From: Desulfosudaceae bacterium | GTDB lineage: Bacteria > Desulfobacterota > Desulfobacteria > Desulfobacterales > Desulfosudaceae | DNA length: 64,000 nucleotides | Assembly (NCBI GenBank): GCA_963674745.2 | Contig: CAXXDV010000003.1 | Span: forward strand, 864,001 to 928,000 | Reading direction: 5' to 3' | Part shown: piece after piece, positions 9,325 to 17,511 of the stretch | How the letters are laid out: the number at the start of each line of letters is the position of its first letter | Numbering within the stretch: position 1 is the first letter of the stretch | Made by a program: the position numbers and the translations under genes | Notes under the pieces: model-generated | Told to the model about the DNA's origin: nothing | Seen by the model: only the letters and a program-made list of their open reading frames with translations | Database searches by the model: none

Positions 9325-10468
9325 CCTCAAGTTTTGAAATAATCTCACACATAATCTCATCGGCGCCGCCGCCGATGGAAATCAGGCGTGAATCCCGGAA
9401 CGCCCTTGAAATCGCCATTTCATTCATGTATCCCATACCGCCGTGCATCTGCAAACATCCGTCCATGACCTTGTTCAACAGTTGGGCGCCGAACAGTTTG
9501 GCCATGGAAATCTCTTTGGTTGCGTCCTGACCGGCCATTTTCAGCCGTACAATATGGTAAGTCATCTGCCGCATACATTCAATTTCAGTCAGCCACTGGG
9601 CCAACCGGTGACGGAGTACCTGTTTTTTGATCAGGGGCTTGCCGAACACAATACGTTTTCTCAGGTATTCCACGGTCTGGTCAATCACTCTTTTCGTTGA
9701 GATATAGCAGCCGGGAAGGGCGGCAAAGCGTTCATGCTGGAACTGCTGCATCTGGTAGATAAACCCTTCCCCTTCCTGGCCGATAATGTTTTCAGCGGGT
9801 ATCCTCAGGTCATCAAAAAAGAGTTCGGCCGTGTCACTGCTGCGCATCCCCATTTTGTCGAGTTTCTTACTGACATTAAACCCCGGCAGATTGGTGGGTA
9901 CCACAAACAGGCCGAATGAATGATAACCCGGGTCATCGCTGGTCCTGGCCAGAAGGGTCAGAAAGTCGGCCTGGGTACCGTTGGTGATATAGGTTTTGGA
10001 ACCGTTGATGACGTAGTCATCGCCGTCTTTTTTGGCATAGGTTTTAATAGCGGCCACGTCTGATCCGGCATCCGGTTCGGTAACGGCGATGGAAGCCACC
10101 ATGTCACCGGCAATGGCCGGTTTTAAATAAGTCTCCTTGAGGTGTTCACTGCCGAAGGCTTCAATGGCCGGGGTGGCCATGTTGGTCTGGACCAGAATGG
10201 CCATGGGTACCCCGCCGCAGTCGATCAGGGAAAGCTCCTCGATGAACGCCAGTTCATACCAGTAGTCCAGTCCCTGCCCGCCGTATTTGGGGTCACTGCG
10301 GATGCCCAGAAAACCCAGGTCCCCCATTTTTTTAAACAGATCATGCAGCGGCGCGATGCCCTTTTCTTCCCATTCATCAACATAAGGATTGATTTCCTTG
10401 TTAACAAAATCCCTTACTGCCTTACGGACCATTTCGTGGTCCTTGGTGAAATACATTTCATTACCCAT
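9317..10468 (-). CDS. Acyl-CoA dehydrogenase
   Basis: AVTEPDAGSD, INGSKTYITNG, QMHGGMGY, IGGGADEIM. Confidence 0.93.
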   Translation of the reverse strand: MGNEMYFTKDHEMVRKAVRDFVNKEINPYVDEWEEKGIAPLHDLFKKMGDLGFLGIRSDPKYGGQGLDYWYELAFIEELSLIDCGGVPMAILVQTNMATPAIEAFGSEHLKETYLKPAIAGDMVASIAVTEPDAGSDVAAIKTYAKKDGDDYVINGSKTYITNGTQADFLTLLARTSDDPGYHSFGLFVVPTNLPGFNVSKKLDKMGMRSSDTAELFFDDLRIPAENIIGQEGEGFIYQMQQFQHERFAALPGCYISTKRVIDQTVEYLRKRIVFGKPLIKKQVLRHRLAQWLTEIECMRQMTYHIVRLKMAGQDATKEISMAKLFGAQLLNKVMDGCLQMHGGMGYMNEMAISRAFRDSRLISIGGGADEIMCEIISKLEGF

Positions 10469-10707
10469 TTCATCCCCTTTCCCAAATAACGATATATTTT
10501 AAAAGGCTGGTACACACTCATATTATTTTCCAGCTTATGCCAATATATAGTTGAAGTAATCAGTTCATCAACATTTTAAAAAATTTAAAGTGTTATTCAA
10601 TTTTGCAGGCATTTTCCGGTCAGCCCTCATTTTGTTTTATGTAAAAATATGATATTTATTTCAAAAAGAGCATTAACAAAAAATAATTAAGGGGGGGAGG
10701 TTAATCA

Positions 10708-11544
10708 ATGCCTGTTATTACCATTTCCAGGGGGTCTTACAGCCGGGGAAAAAAAGTTGCTGAAAAAGTGGCCCAAAAGCTGGGTTATGAATGTATATCC
10801 CGGGACATTCTTCTTCAGACCTCTGAAGAATTTAATATACCTGAAATCAGACTGGTTCGTGCCCTTCATGACGCCCCGTCGGTTCTGGAACGGTTTACCC
10901 ACGGTAAAGAACGGTATGTCGCCTATATCCGTAAAGCGCTTTTGAAACACGTTCAAAAAGACAATGTGGTCTATCACGGCCTGGCCGGTCATTATTTTTT
11001 GATGGATATCCCGCATGTTTTTAAGATCAGAATTATCGCTGATCTGGACGCGCGGGTAAAGGAAGAGGTCAAAAGAGAAAATATCAGCGCCGACAAGGCG
11101 CTTTATACACTCAAAAAGGATGATGAAGAGCGTCGCAAATGGGGTATTCAACTTTATGGCATCGATACCTGGGATCCCCAGCTTTACGATATGGTTCTGC
11201 ACATCAAGACCATTACAGTTGACAAGGCTGTTGATGTCATCTGTCAAATTGTTAAAAGCGGCACGTTTGAAGCCTCTTCCGAATCCCTCAAAATTTTTGA
11301 TAACCTGCTGCTGGCCGCAGACGTTAAGGCCGCGGTCGTGGATATTGAGCCCATGCTGAAGGTGACAGCTGAAGACGGTGTGGTCCAGATCAGTAATATT
11401 GAAGTCGCCAGAAAAATTAAACCGGCTGTTCTGGCTAGGGTCAAGGCCGTTGCCGCTCAAAAGGAAGGTGTCAAGAAAGTGGTTTTCAGCGGGCAGTTGA
11501 CCGAGGATGATCAGCATACCGTTAATCCTTTTCACCATTTATGA
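10708..11544 (+). CDS. Cytidylate kinase-like family protein with probable C-terminal BON-like domain
   Basis: ITISRGSYSRGKKVA N-terminus, VFKIRIIAD, DPQLYDMVL; C-terminal VTAEDGVVQI..EGVKKV. Confidence 0.8.
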   Translation: MPVITISRGSYSRGKKVAEKVAQKLGYECISRDILLQTSEEFNIPEIRLVRALHDAPSVLERFTHGKERYVAYIRKALLKHVQKDNVVYHGLAGHYFLMDIPHVFKIRIIADLDARVKEEVKRENISADKALYTLKKDDEERRKWGIQLYGIDTWDPQLYDMVLHIKTITVDKAVDVICQIVKSGTFEASSESLKIFDNLLLAADVKAAVVDIEPMLKVTAEDGVVQISNIEVARKIKPAVLARVKAVAAQKEGVKKVVFSGQLTEDDQHTVNPFHHL

Positions 11545-11691
11545 TGCTGATAAATATTTGCTGCGCCATGTCTATTAGCGGCTGGCCGGTTTCGCCAGGA
11601 CAAATCAGGAAGCACCGTTTTTGCCCGGATATTTTATGAAATATCCGGGTTAGCGAAACCGGATCATGATGAACAAAAAAAGGAGGCAGCT

Positions 11692-12345
11692 ATGACGACC
11701 GCATCGGTACTGGCACTTGACGGGCTCAGGGATCTTTCCACTGTCAAATGGTATGTTATCCCGCTACTGGCCATGGTATTTTATATTTATACGGTGGAAA
11801 TAAAAAAAGCCCGGCAGTCGTCAGACTGGAACGCCGTTCTGGCCGGATTGACGCTTTTCGGGACGGATTTTCTTTTGGAGACCATCAATGGCTGGGTGTT
11901 ACATTTCACGCAATATTCGGCCCTGTGGACGACTCCCGGGGATACAGCCCTGCGGACCATGGTCGGATGGAATATAGAAATCATGTTCATGTTTCTTCTG
12001 GCCGGGATTATTTATTATCATACGCTTTCAGAAAATCAGAACGCCAGGATTCTGGGGGTGCCCGAAAAACTGTTCTGGGTGATATGCTACGCGGCTTTTT
12101 GTGTTTTTGTGGAATGCCTGTTGAATATGGGTGATCACCTGGTCTGGGAATATGCTTTCTGGAAGCGATCGTCCCTGGGTGTGCTGCCCATTTTTTGCTG
12201 TGGTTATTTTCCGCTTTTTCTCAGTCCCATGCTGGTGATCGGCATGAAACAAAACCGGTACAAGGTGGCTTACGTCGGCGGGATATATGCAACAGCCGTT
12301 GTCATGAATATTTTCGCCCTCGGTGTAATGGGCTGGACTTATTAG
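11692..12345 (+). CDS. Multi-pass membrane protein of unknown function
   Basis: 217 aa with about six hydrophobic segments; RBS AGGAGG. Confidence 0.75.
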   Translation: MTTASVLALDGLRDLSTVKWYVIPLLAMVFYIYTVEIKKARQSSDWNAVLAGLTLFGTDFLLETINGWVLHFTQYSALWTTPGDTALRTMVGWNIEIMFMFLLAGIIYYHTLSENQNARILGVPEKLFWVICYAAFCVFVECLLNMGDHLVWEYAFWKRSSLGVLPIFCCGYFPLFLSPMLVIGMKQNRYKVAYVGGIYATAVVMNIFALGVMGWTY

Positions 12346-12405
12346 TTCCGATTTGAATTTTTATGAATTCATGACAATCCTGATAGCAACTTTCTTACTC
12401 GGCCA

Positions 12406-12801
12406 TCAGCGTCTCATGGTCTTGGTAAATACATTGTTGTCCCAATTGGGCATGGTGTTCTGATAATCGACGGGGCATCTGCCGGAATCATCCATAACCG
12501 TGATGGTGACCCATATATTCGGGTCGGCGGCTGAAATATCCCATTTCTGGCTGGTCAGGCCGGTAGCGTGAAGGCTCTCTTTGTCGATAGTCGTATGGTT
12601 CGGAATCGCGAAATATTCCCCGATTTCGTTGGCGATAATATCGGCATCCCGTTCCACACGGCTGCAATAGGCTTTGTTTCTGTAAGAAATAAAGTTGGGC
12701 ACGGCGATGAGAACTAAAAGAGCTATAATGACGATCACCGTCATGACTTCGATAAGTGAAAATCCCCGGAGGCCTGATGTGTGACAGGATTGAGTACCCA
12801 T
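12406..12801 (-). CDS. Type IV pilin-like protein (prepilin cleavage/methylation motif)
   Basis: RG|FSLIEVMTVIVIIALLVLIAVPNFISYRNKAY, with G|F cleavage site and Glu5. Confidence 0.88.
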   Translation of the reverse strand: MGTQSCHTSGLRGFSLIEVMTVIVIIALLVLIAVPNFISYRNKAYCSRVERDADIIANEIGEYFAIPNHTTIDKESLHATGLTSQKWDISAADPNIWVTITVMDDSGRCPVDYQNTMPNWDNNVFTKTMRR

Positions 12802-12949
12802 TTTGGTCCCTGAATATAAGAAAATAAATTATTATAAATAATTATAATAACATTGTCAATATTCTTGCCGAAGCGGGAGGCTGGCGGTTTCTGGAGGCGT
12901 TCTCAGAATTTAGCGCAATGGGTACCCCTGTTTAAAGCCGTCTTTTTCC

Positions 12950-13378
12950 TTACCATCCTTTGCGGGTTAATATATCCCTTATCCGTTGTTCACTCTTTTT
13001 CTCCACCAGAATGATTTTTTCGGCTTTGGCACGTTTGATCCGGTCAATGATGGTTGTCAGATCCGCCGGTTTTTCAATCAGATCCATGGCGCCGAGTTTC
13101 ATGGCTTCAACACCTTTTTCAACCGTGGCATGACCGGTCAGCAGGATGACCTGCACATCGGGATTTTTTTCCTTAATGCGCTTGAGGGCCTCAAGCCCGT
13201 CCATTTCAGGCATCTGAAGGTCCAGCACCACTGCGTCATAGGACTCCTTGTCCAGCAGTGAGAGGGCGTCCTGGGCGCGGGTGGCGGTGGAAACTTTTAC
13301 ATCCCGGGCTGCCAACCGTTCAGAAATAAGATCTAAGAAGTCTTTTTCATCATCTACGATCAAAACATTGTCGGACAT
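12950..13378 (-). CDS. Stand-alone response regulator receiver
   Basis: VDDE, LDLQMP, LTGH and KP motifs; short basic tail with no output domain. Confidence 0.92.
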   Translation of the reverse strand: MSDNVLIVDDEKDFLDLISERLAARDVKVSTATRAQDALSLLDKESYDAVVLDLQMPEMDGLEALKRIKEKNPDVQVILLTGHATVEKGVEAMKLGAMDLIEKPADLTTIIDRIKRAKAEKIILVEKKSEQRIRDILTRKGW

Positions 13379-13429
13379 AGTAACCTCCTTATTCGTTTTA
13401 AAAAGCCGGATCGTTTACGATCATGCCGG

Positions 13430-14107
13430 CTATGATTCAAAAATCTCCGGAACTGATGCCGGGAGTAAAAATTCAAGGCGACCGTCACTTTCACTGATTG
13501 TCAGGTCGGCCTTCAATACGGCCAGCAAAGACTCGAGCCTTCCTGAAAAAAAATCGTCGATTGAACCTGATGTAACTGATTTGAGCCCTGAGAAATAAAT
13601 CCGGGCACCGGCATTCGTCTGCGTTACGCCAAGACCGATCGTCTTATCAACGCCGCAGGCGGCCATGGAATATTCCAGCACAAGCCATACCAGTGTTTGC
13701 AGGTAAAAAGGACAGGTCGTCAAGTTAATCCGGGTCTCCGGAAAAGTGGTTGAAATTTTTACGCCCTTGTTGACTGCGGTCCGTTCGACCAGGCAGGTCA
13801 TGAGTTCCAGCAAATCGATCAGTTCGATGGAAGAACGCTTTTCATCCAGGCTGTGGGCCAGACGGTTCATGTTTTTGATGATGGTATTGGATCGCTGTAC
13901 CTGTTTTAAAACAGTTCCGGCCAGCGCGCCAATTTGATTCGGGTCAAGCGGCCTGCCTTTTTGCGCCATAAGTATAATGTCTTCCAGGAAGCCGGCGCTT
14001 TCATTGATTACCGCCAGTGAATTTTTTAACTCATGGGAGATGGATGCTGAAACTTTGGAATAAAAAGCCAACGCCGTCTCATCGGGAAGTTTTTTTGTTT
14101 CCATCAT
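13430..14107 (-). CDS. Histidine kinase-like protein with intact H-box and degenerate ATPase domain (putative phosphotransferase)
   Basis: SISHELKNSLAVINESAG H-box; no N, DxGxG or GxGLGL boxes; no sensor or TM segment. Confidence 0.75.
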   Translation of the reverse strand: MMETKKLPDETALAFYSKVSASISHELKNSLAVINESAGFLEDIILMAQKGRPLDPNQIGALAGTVLKQVQRSNTIIKNMNRLAHSLDEKRSSIELIDLLELMTCLVERTAVNKGVKISTTFPETRINLTTCPFYLQTLVWLVLEYSMAACGVDKTIGLGVTQTNAGARIYFSGLKSVTSGSIDDFFSGRLESLLAVLKADLTISESDGRLEFLLPASVPEIFES

Positions 14108-14116
14108 GCAGCCCTC

Positions 14117-14470
14117 CTATTCGGCCAGTGCGTCATTGATCTTGGCGATCAGGTCGTCGATGTTGATCGGCTTCATCAGATAGTATTCCGCTTCGGCGAC
14201 GCCGGCCTTGTAATCCTCTTCGGATCCATGACCGGTCAGATAGATTGTTTTAATTCCGGGTATTCTTTTTTCAATGATTTTTTTTAAATCGCGTCCACTC
14301 ATGCCCGGCATCTTTACATCCAGCACTGCCAGATCATAATGCCGTGTCTGGATAATCGCTTCCGCGTCCTTGGCACTGGTGACCCAGTCCGCGTCAATAT
14401 TTCGAAGCGAGAGTCGTTCAGCCAGCGTGGCCACAAAATCTATTTCATCATCAACCAGAAGCAGTTTCAT
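14117..14470 (-). CDS. Stand-alone response regulator receiver
   Basis: VDDE, LDVKMP, LTGHG, KP. Confidence 0.92.
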   Translation of the reverse strand: MKLLLVDDEIDFVATLAERLSLRNIDADWVTSAKDAEAIIQTRHYDLAVLDVKMPGMSGRDLKKIIEKRIPGIKTIYLTGHGSEEDYKAGVAEAEYYLMKPINIDDLIAKINDALAE

Positions 14471-16229
14471 TCGTTGTCTCCTTCTTTTTGGCTGGAGGTG
14501 TTAACGGCAGCATAATCGTAAATTCGGTTCCGACGCCGATTTCACTGTTGACGTCGATGGTACCGCCCAACTCCTGAATAAGCGAGTAAGTGATGGAAAG
14601 GCCCAGCCCGGTTCCGCCGGTGTTTGTCTTGGTTGAGAAAAAAGGTTCAAAAATTCGTTTCAGGTCTTTATCCGGAATCCCGCACCCGGTGTCCTTTACC
14701 CTTATAAAGATCGACTTTTCGTCGGCCCGGAATACCGATATGGACAGGGAACCGCCATCGGTTTGTGCGGCAAAAGCGTTGTTGATCAGATTGAGCAGAA
14801 TCTGCTGGAGCTTACCGCGGTCACTTTCAAACTGGGGCAGGTCAGAAGGTACATCAATGTTAATGGTGATGTTTCGGTATTCCGCCTCTTTGCCCAGAAA
14901 TCCCACCACATCCGAAATTACGGTCTGTATATCAACCGGTTCGACACTGGAATCCATGTGGCGGGCGAAACTGAGCAACTGCTTGGTAATCCTGCCGCAA
15001 CGGGTGACCGATTCATTAATGGCCTCGACCAGTCCCTGGAGTTTTTCGTCTCCGGCGTATCGATTCGTAAGTTGAAAAATATCCTTGATCAGACCGGCTT
15101 TTTCGTTGATTACAGCCAGGGGGTTATTGATTTCATGGGCCACACCAGCCGCCAGTCGACCGATGGAGGCCAGCTTGTTGGCATACTCCACCTGGTGCAG
15201 GCTGCGAATTCGACGCTGGTCGGCGATATATATGCGGTTGACAAAGTAAGTGGCAAAACCGGTTACCGCGATCAGCACGATCACGATACCGGCCAGGACA
15301 TAGACCAGCATTTCAATCCGGGTCCGGTGCCATGATCGCATGAGTTCCCCGGTTTTATTAACGATCATCAGTATGAAGGGGCTGTCCGGAATATAGGCAT
15401 AGCCCAGGATATAATCGCCTTCGGAGGACGTCTGATACTGGGAGACCTCGGTTTTGTCAGAATAAGCCGGGACCGGAAAGTCAATTTTTTCGAACATTTT
15501 TTCATGGCCCCGGGAAGGCGTCTGCAGAATGCCGCCGGTATTGATGATAAAGGCATTGCCCTGGTCACTGAGCTCGAATCCCGACAGCTGTTCATTCAAA
15601 CGGCCGGTATCAATTGAAATGCGAAGTATGAAAAAGGACTGGTCCTGTGTCTCGTGCCTTACCGCTATAACGAAATGGGGGGCGTTTCTGAAGCCCATGA
15701 AAACTTCGCTGATAAAGGTGCCCCGGGTCATGGCTTCCTTGAACCATTGCTGGTCACTGTAATTCCTGCCTTCAAGTGAATAAGGGCCGCTGTAAGCAAT
15801 TTGCTGGCCGGCTGCGTTGATGACCCCGATATCGGTGACCCCGCCAAGGGCCAGGCGGAGATTCTTCAGGATCGTGGCCAGGCGATCGGAATCCAGCAGC
15901 CGATCATAGGGGGTGTCATTTACAATATATACCAGGGATGCCTTGCGTTTGGCCAGAAACGCGGCGATGGTCCGTTTGGCGTTGGAAACGGTCCGTGACG
16001 TGCGGGCCAGGCTCTCGGACTCAACCGCCCTTTGAGTGACATTATAATCGATCCAGGTGACCATCAGCAGCGGTATAATCGCGCACAGTCCGGTGAGCAT
16101 GACCGCAGACTTCCAAAGCCGGCTGTAGTTGAACATGAACCGATCAAGACGGCCCTGGGAGTGATCCTCCTGCTGTCGAAAGCCGGGTAAGAAAAGTTTG
16201 AGGGAACGTTTCATGATATTATATTTCAT
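14451..16229 (-). CDS. Membrane sensor histidine kinase (two TM segments, Cache-like sensor)
   Basis: AHEINNPL H-box, NLINNA, DTGCGI, FEPFFSTK, GTGLGL. Confidence 0.93.
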   Translation of the reverse strand: MKYNIMKRSLKLFLPGFRQQEDHSQGRLDRFMFNYSRLWKSAVMLTGLCAIIPLLMVTWIDYNVTQRAVESESLARTSRTVSNAKRTIAAFLAKRKASLVYIVNDTPYDRLLDSDRLATILKNLRLALGGVTDIGVINAAGQQIAYSGPYSLEGRNYSDQQWFKEAMTRGTFISEVFMGFRNAPHFVIAVRHETQDQSFFILRISIDTGRLNEQLSGFELSDQGNAFIINTGGILQTPSRGHEKMFEKIDFPVPAYSDKTEVSQYQTSSEGDYILGYAYIPDSPFILMIVNKTGELMRSWHRTRIEMLVYVLAGIVIVLIAVTGFATYFVNRIYIADQRRIRSLHQVEYANKLASIGRLAAGVAHEINNPLAVINEKAGLIKDIFQLTNRYAGDEKLQGLVEAINESVTRCGRITKQLLSFARHMDSSVEPVDIQTVISDVVGFLGKEAEYRNITINIDVPSDLPQFESDRGKLQQILLNLINNAFAAQTDGGSLSISVFRADEKSIFIRVKDTGCGIPDKDLKRIFEPFFSTKTNTGGTGLGLSITYSLIQELGGTIDVNSEIGVGTEFTIMLPLTPPAKKKETTNETASG

Positions 16230-16243
16230 ATCAATAAAAAAAT

Positions 16244-17485
16244 TTATCCGTTATCAGGCTCTCCCGGGGAGTGTTTTTTCTGCTGAACCTTTTCATTGGC
16301 CTGTTTTAAGGTTTTGCTGAGCACATCGATATCCACCGGTTTCTGCAGATAGGCAAAGGCGCCCAGTTCCATGCATACCTTGCGGTCGGCTTCGGAACCG
16401 TGCCCGGTAAGAATAATAATTTCAATATCCGGCCGGGTGGATTTTACCTGGCGCAGCACTTCGATACCGTCGATACCGGGCATTTTCAGGTCCAGGATCA
16501 TGACCTCCGGTTCTTCTTCGGCCACCATGTTCAGCGCCGACTCTCCGTCGTAAGCCACGGCCGACCCCATATCCCGCATGATCAGCCGTTCCGAGAGGGT
16601 CTGCACAAATTCCCGCTCGTCGTCCACCAGCAATACCCTGGAGGGCATCTGGAAATCATATTTTCGATAGATGTCGGTCTGATAGAAGTCCTCTCCCACT
16701 TTCGTTTCTACATCCTTGACACCCTCAACTTTCTGCACCAGGCCTTTTAATTCCTCTTCCAGGCGGGCAAGCATCAGTACATGTTTGTTGATGGTGATGA
16801 ACACTTTACCGTCCTTGGCTTTGGTGGTCACATTGTGACCGGCCCGGGCCAGAAGTTCTCCCGCCCTGGCAGCCAGTTGAAAATCAGCAACTGCCTGGCG
16901 GGATCGATCGGTCGGTTGTACCACATCCGTCGCCAGGTGCTGGGTGATCAAATCGACCGTTTTTTCCGCGTCGGTTTTGTCTGTAGGCACCACCATGTCA
17001 TACAGTTCCGGTGCCCATGGATCGTCCTTATTTTTTACAGCCTTTACCCAGGCCGCGGCCTGTTCCGTATGCTTGCGAACCAGTGCTGTGGCATCTTTTT
17101 CACTTATGTTTTTCTGCTGCTGCGCCATCTCCACCCTGAATTTGGCATCTGCCACCAGACACACACGCAGCACATGGGTGATATCAGTCGGCAGCAGGAG
17201 ACTGGTAAATCCGGATATGATCTGGTTTTCCGCGTCAAGTTGATTGGCCAGGGCCAGGCGCAGGTAAGCAATGGCCCGTTCTTTTTCATGGGTAAAGGGG
17301 TTGAATACCGAAGCCTTGGCGGCAAAGGCGGCTTCAATTTTTTTGGGGCTGAGGCCGGAAAGCCGGGCCGCTTCGGCAACCAGCGAGTCGTCGGAGACCA
17401 GCTTCTGCCCGGTCTTGTTCCGGCAGCCGTCAATAATAGCTTCGGCGTTGCAGAAAGCCCCACTGAAAAATGCAAGTATCGTCAT
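16244..17485 (-). CDS. Cytidylate kinase-like / BON-like / receiver hybrid response regulator
   Basis: N-terminal region resembles the 10708 protein (FTHEKERAIAYLR vs FTHGKERYVAYIR; APELYDMVV vs DPQLYDMVL); intact C-terminal REC domain. ATG at 17485 avoids overlap with SulP. Confidence 0.85.
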   Translation of the reverse strand: MTILAFFSGAFCNAEAIIDGCRNKTGQKLVSDDSLVAEAARLSGLSPKKIEAAFAAKASVFNPFTHEKERAIAYLRLALANQLDAENQIISGFTSLLLPTDITHVLRVCLVADAKFRVEMAQQQKNISEKDATALVRKHTEQAAAWVKAVKNKDDPWAPELYDMVVPTDKTDAEKTVDLITQHLATDVVQPTDRSRQAVADFQLAARAGELLARAGHNVTTKAKDGKVFITINKHVLMLARLEEELKGLVQKVEGVKDVETKVGEDFYQTDIYRKYDFQMPSRVLLVDDEREFVQTLSERLIMRDMGSAVAYDGESALNMVAEEEPEVMILDLKMPGIDGIEVLRQVKSTRPDIEIIILTGHGSEADRKVCMELGAFAYLQKPVDIDVLSKTLKQANEKVQQKKHSPGEPDNG

Positions 17486-17511
17486 GGCTGAATCCTTTAT
17501 ATAATTTGTTG

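Noticed and set aside
10705..11538. 277-aa minus-strand ORF
   Set aside because: Antisense mirror of the cytidylate-kinase-like gene.
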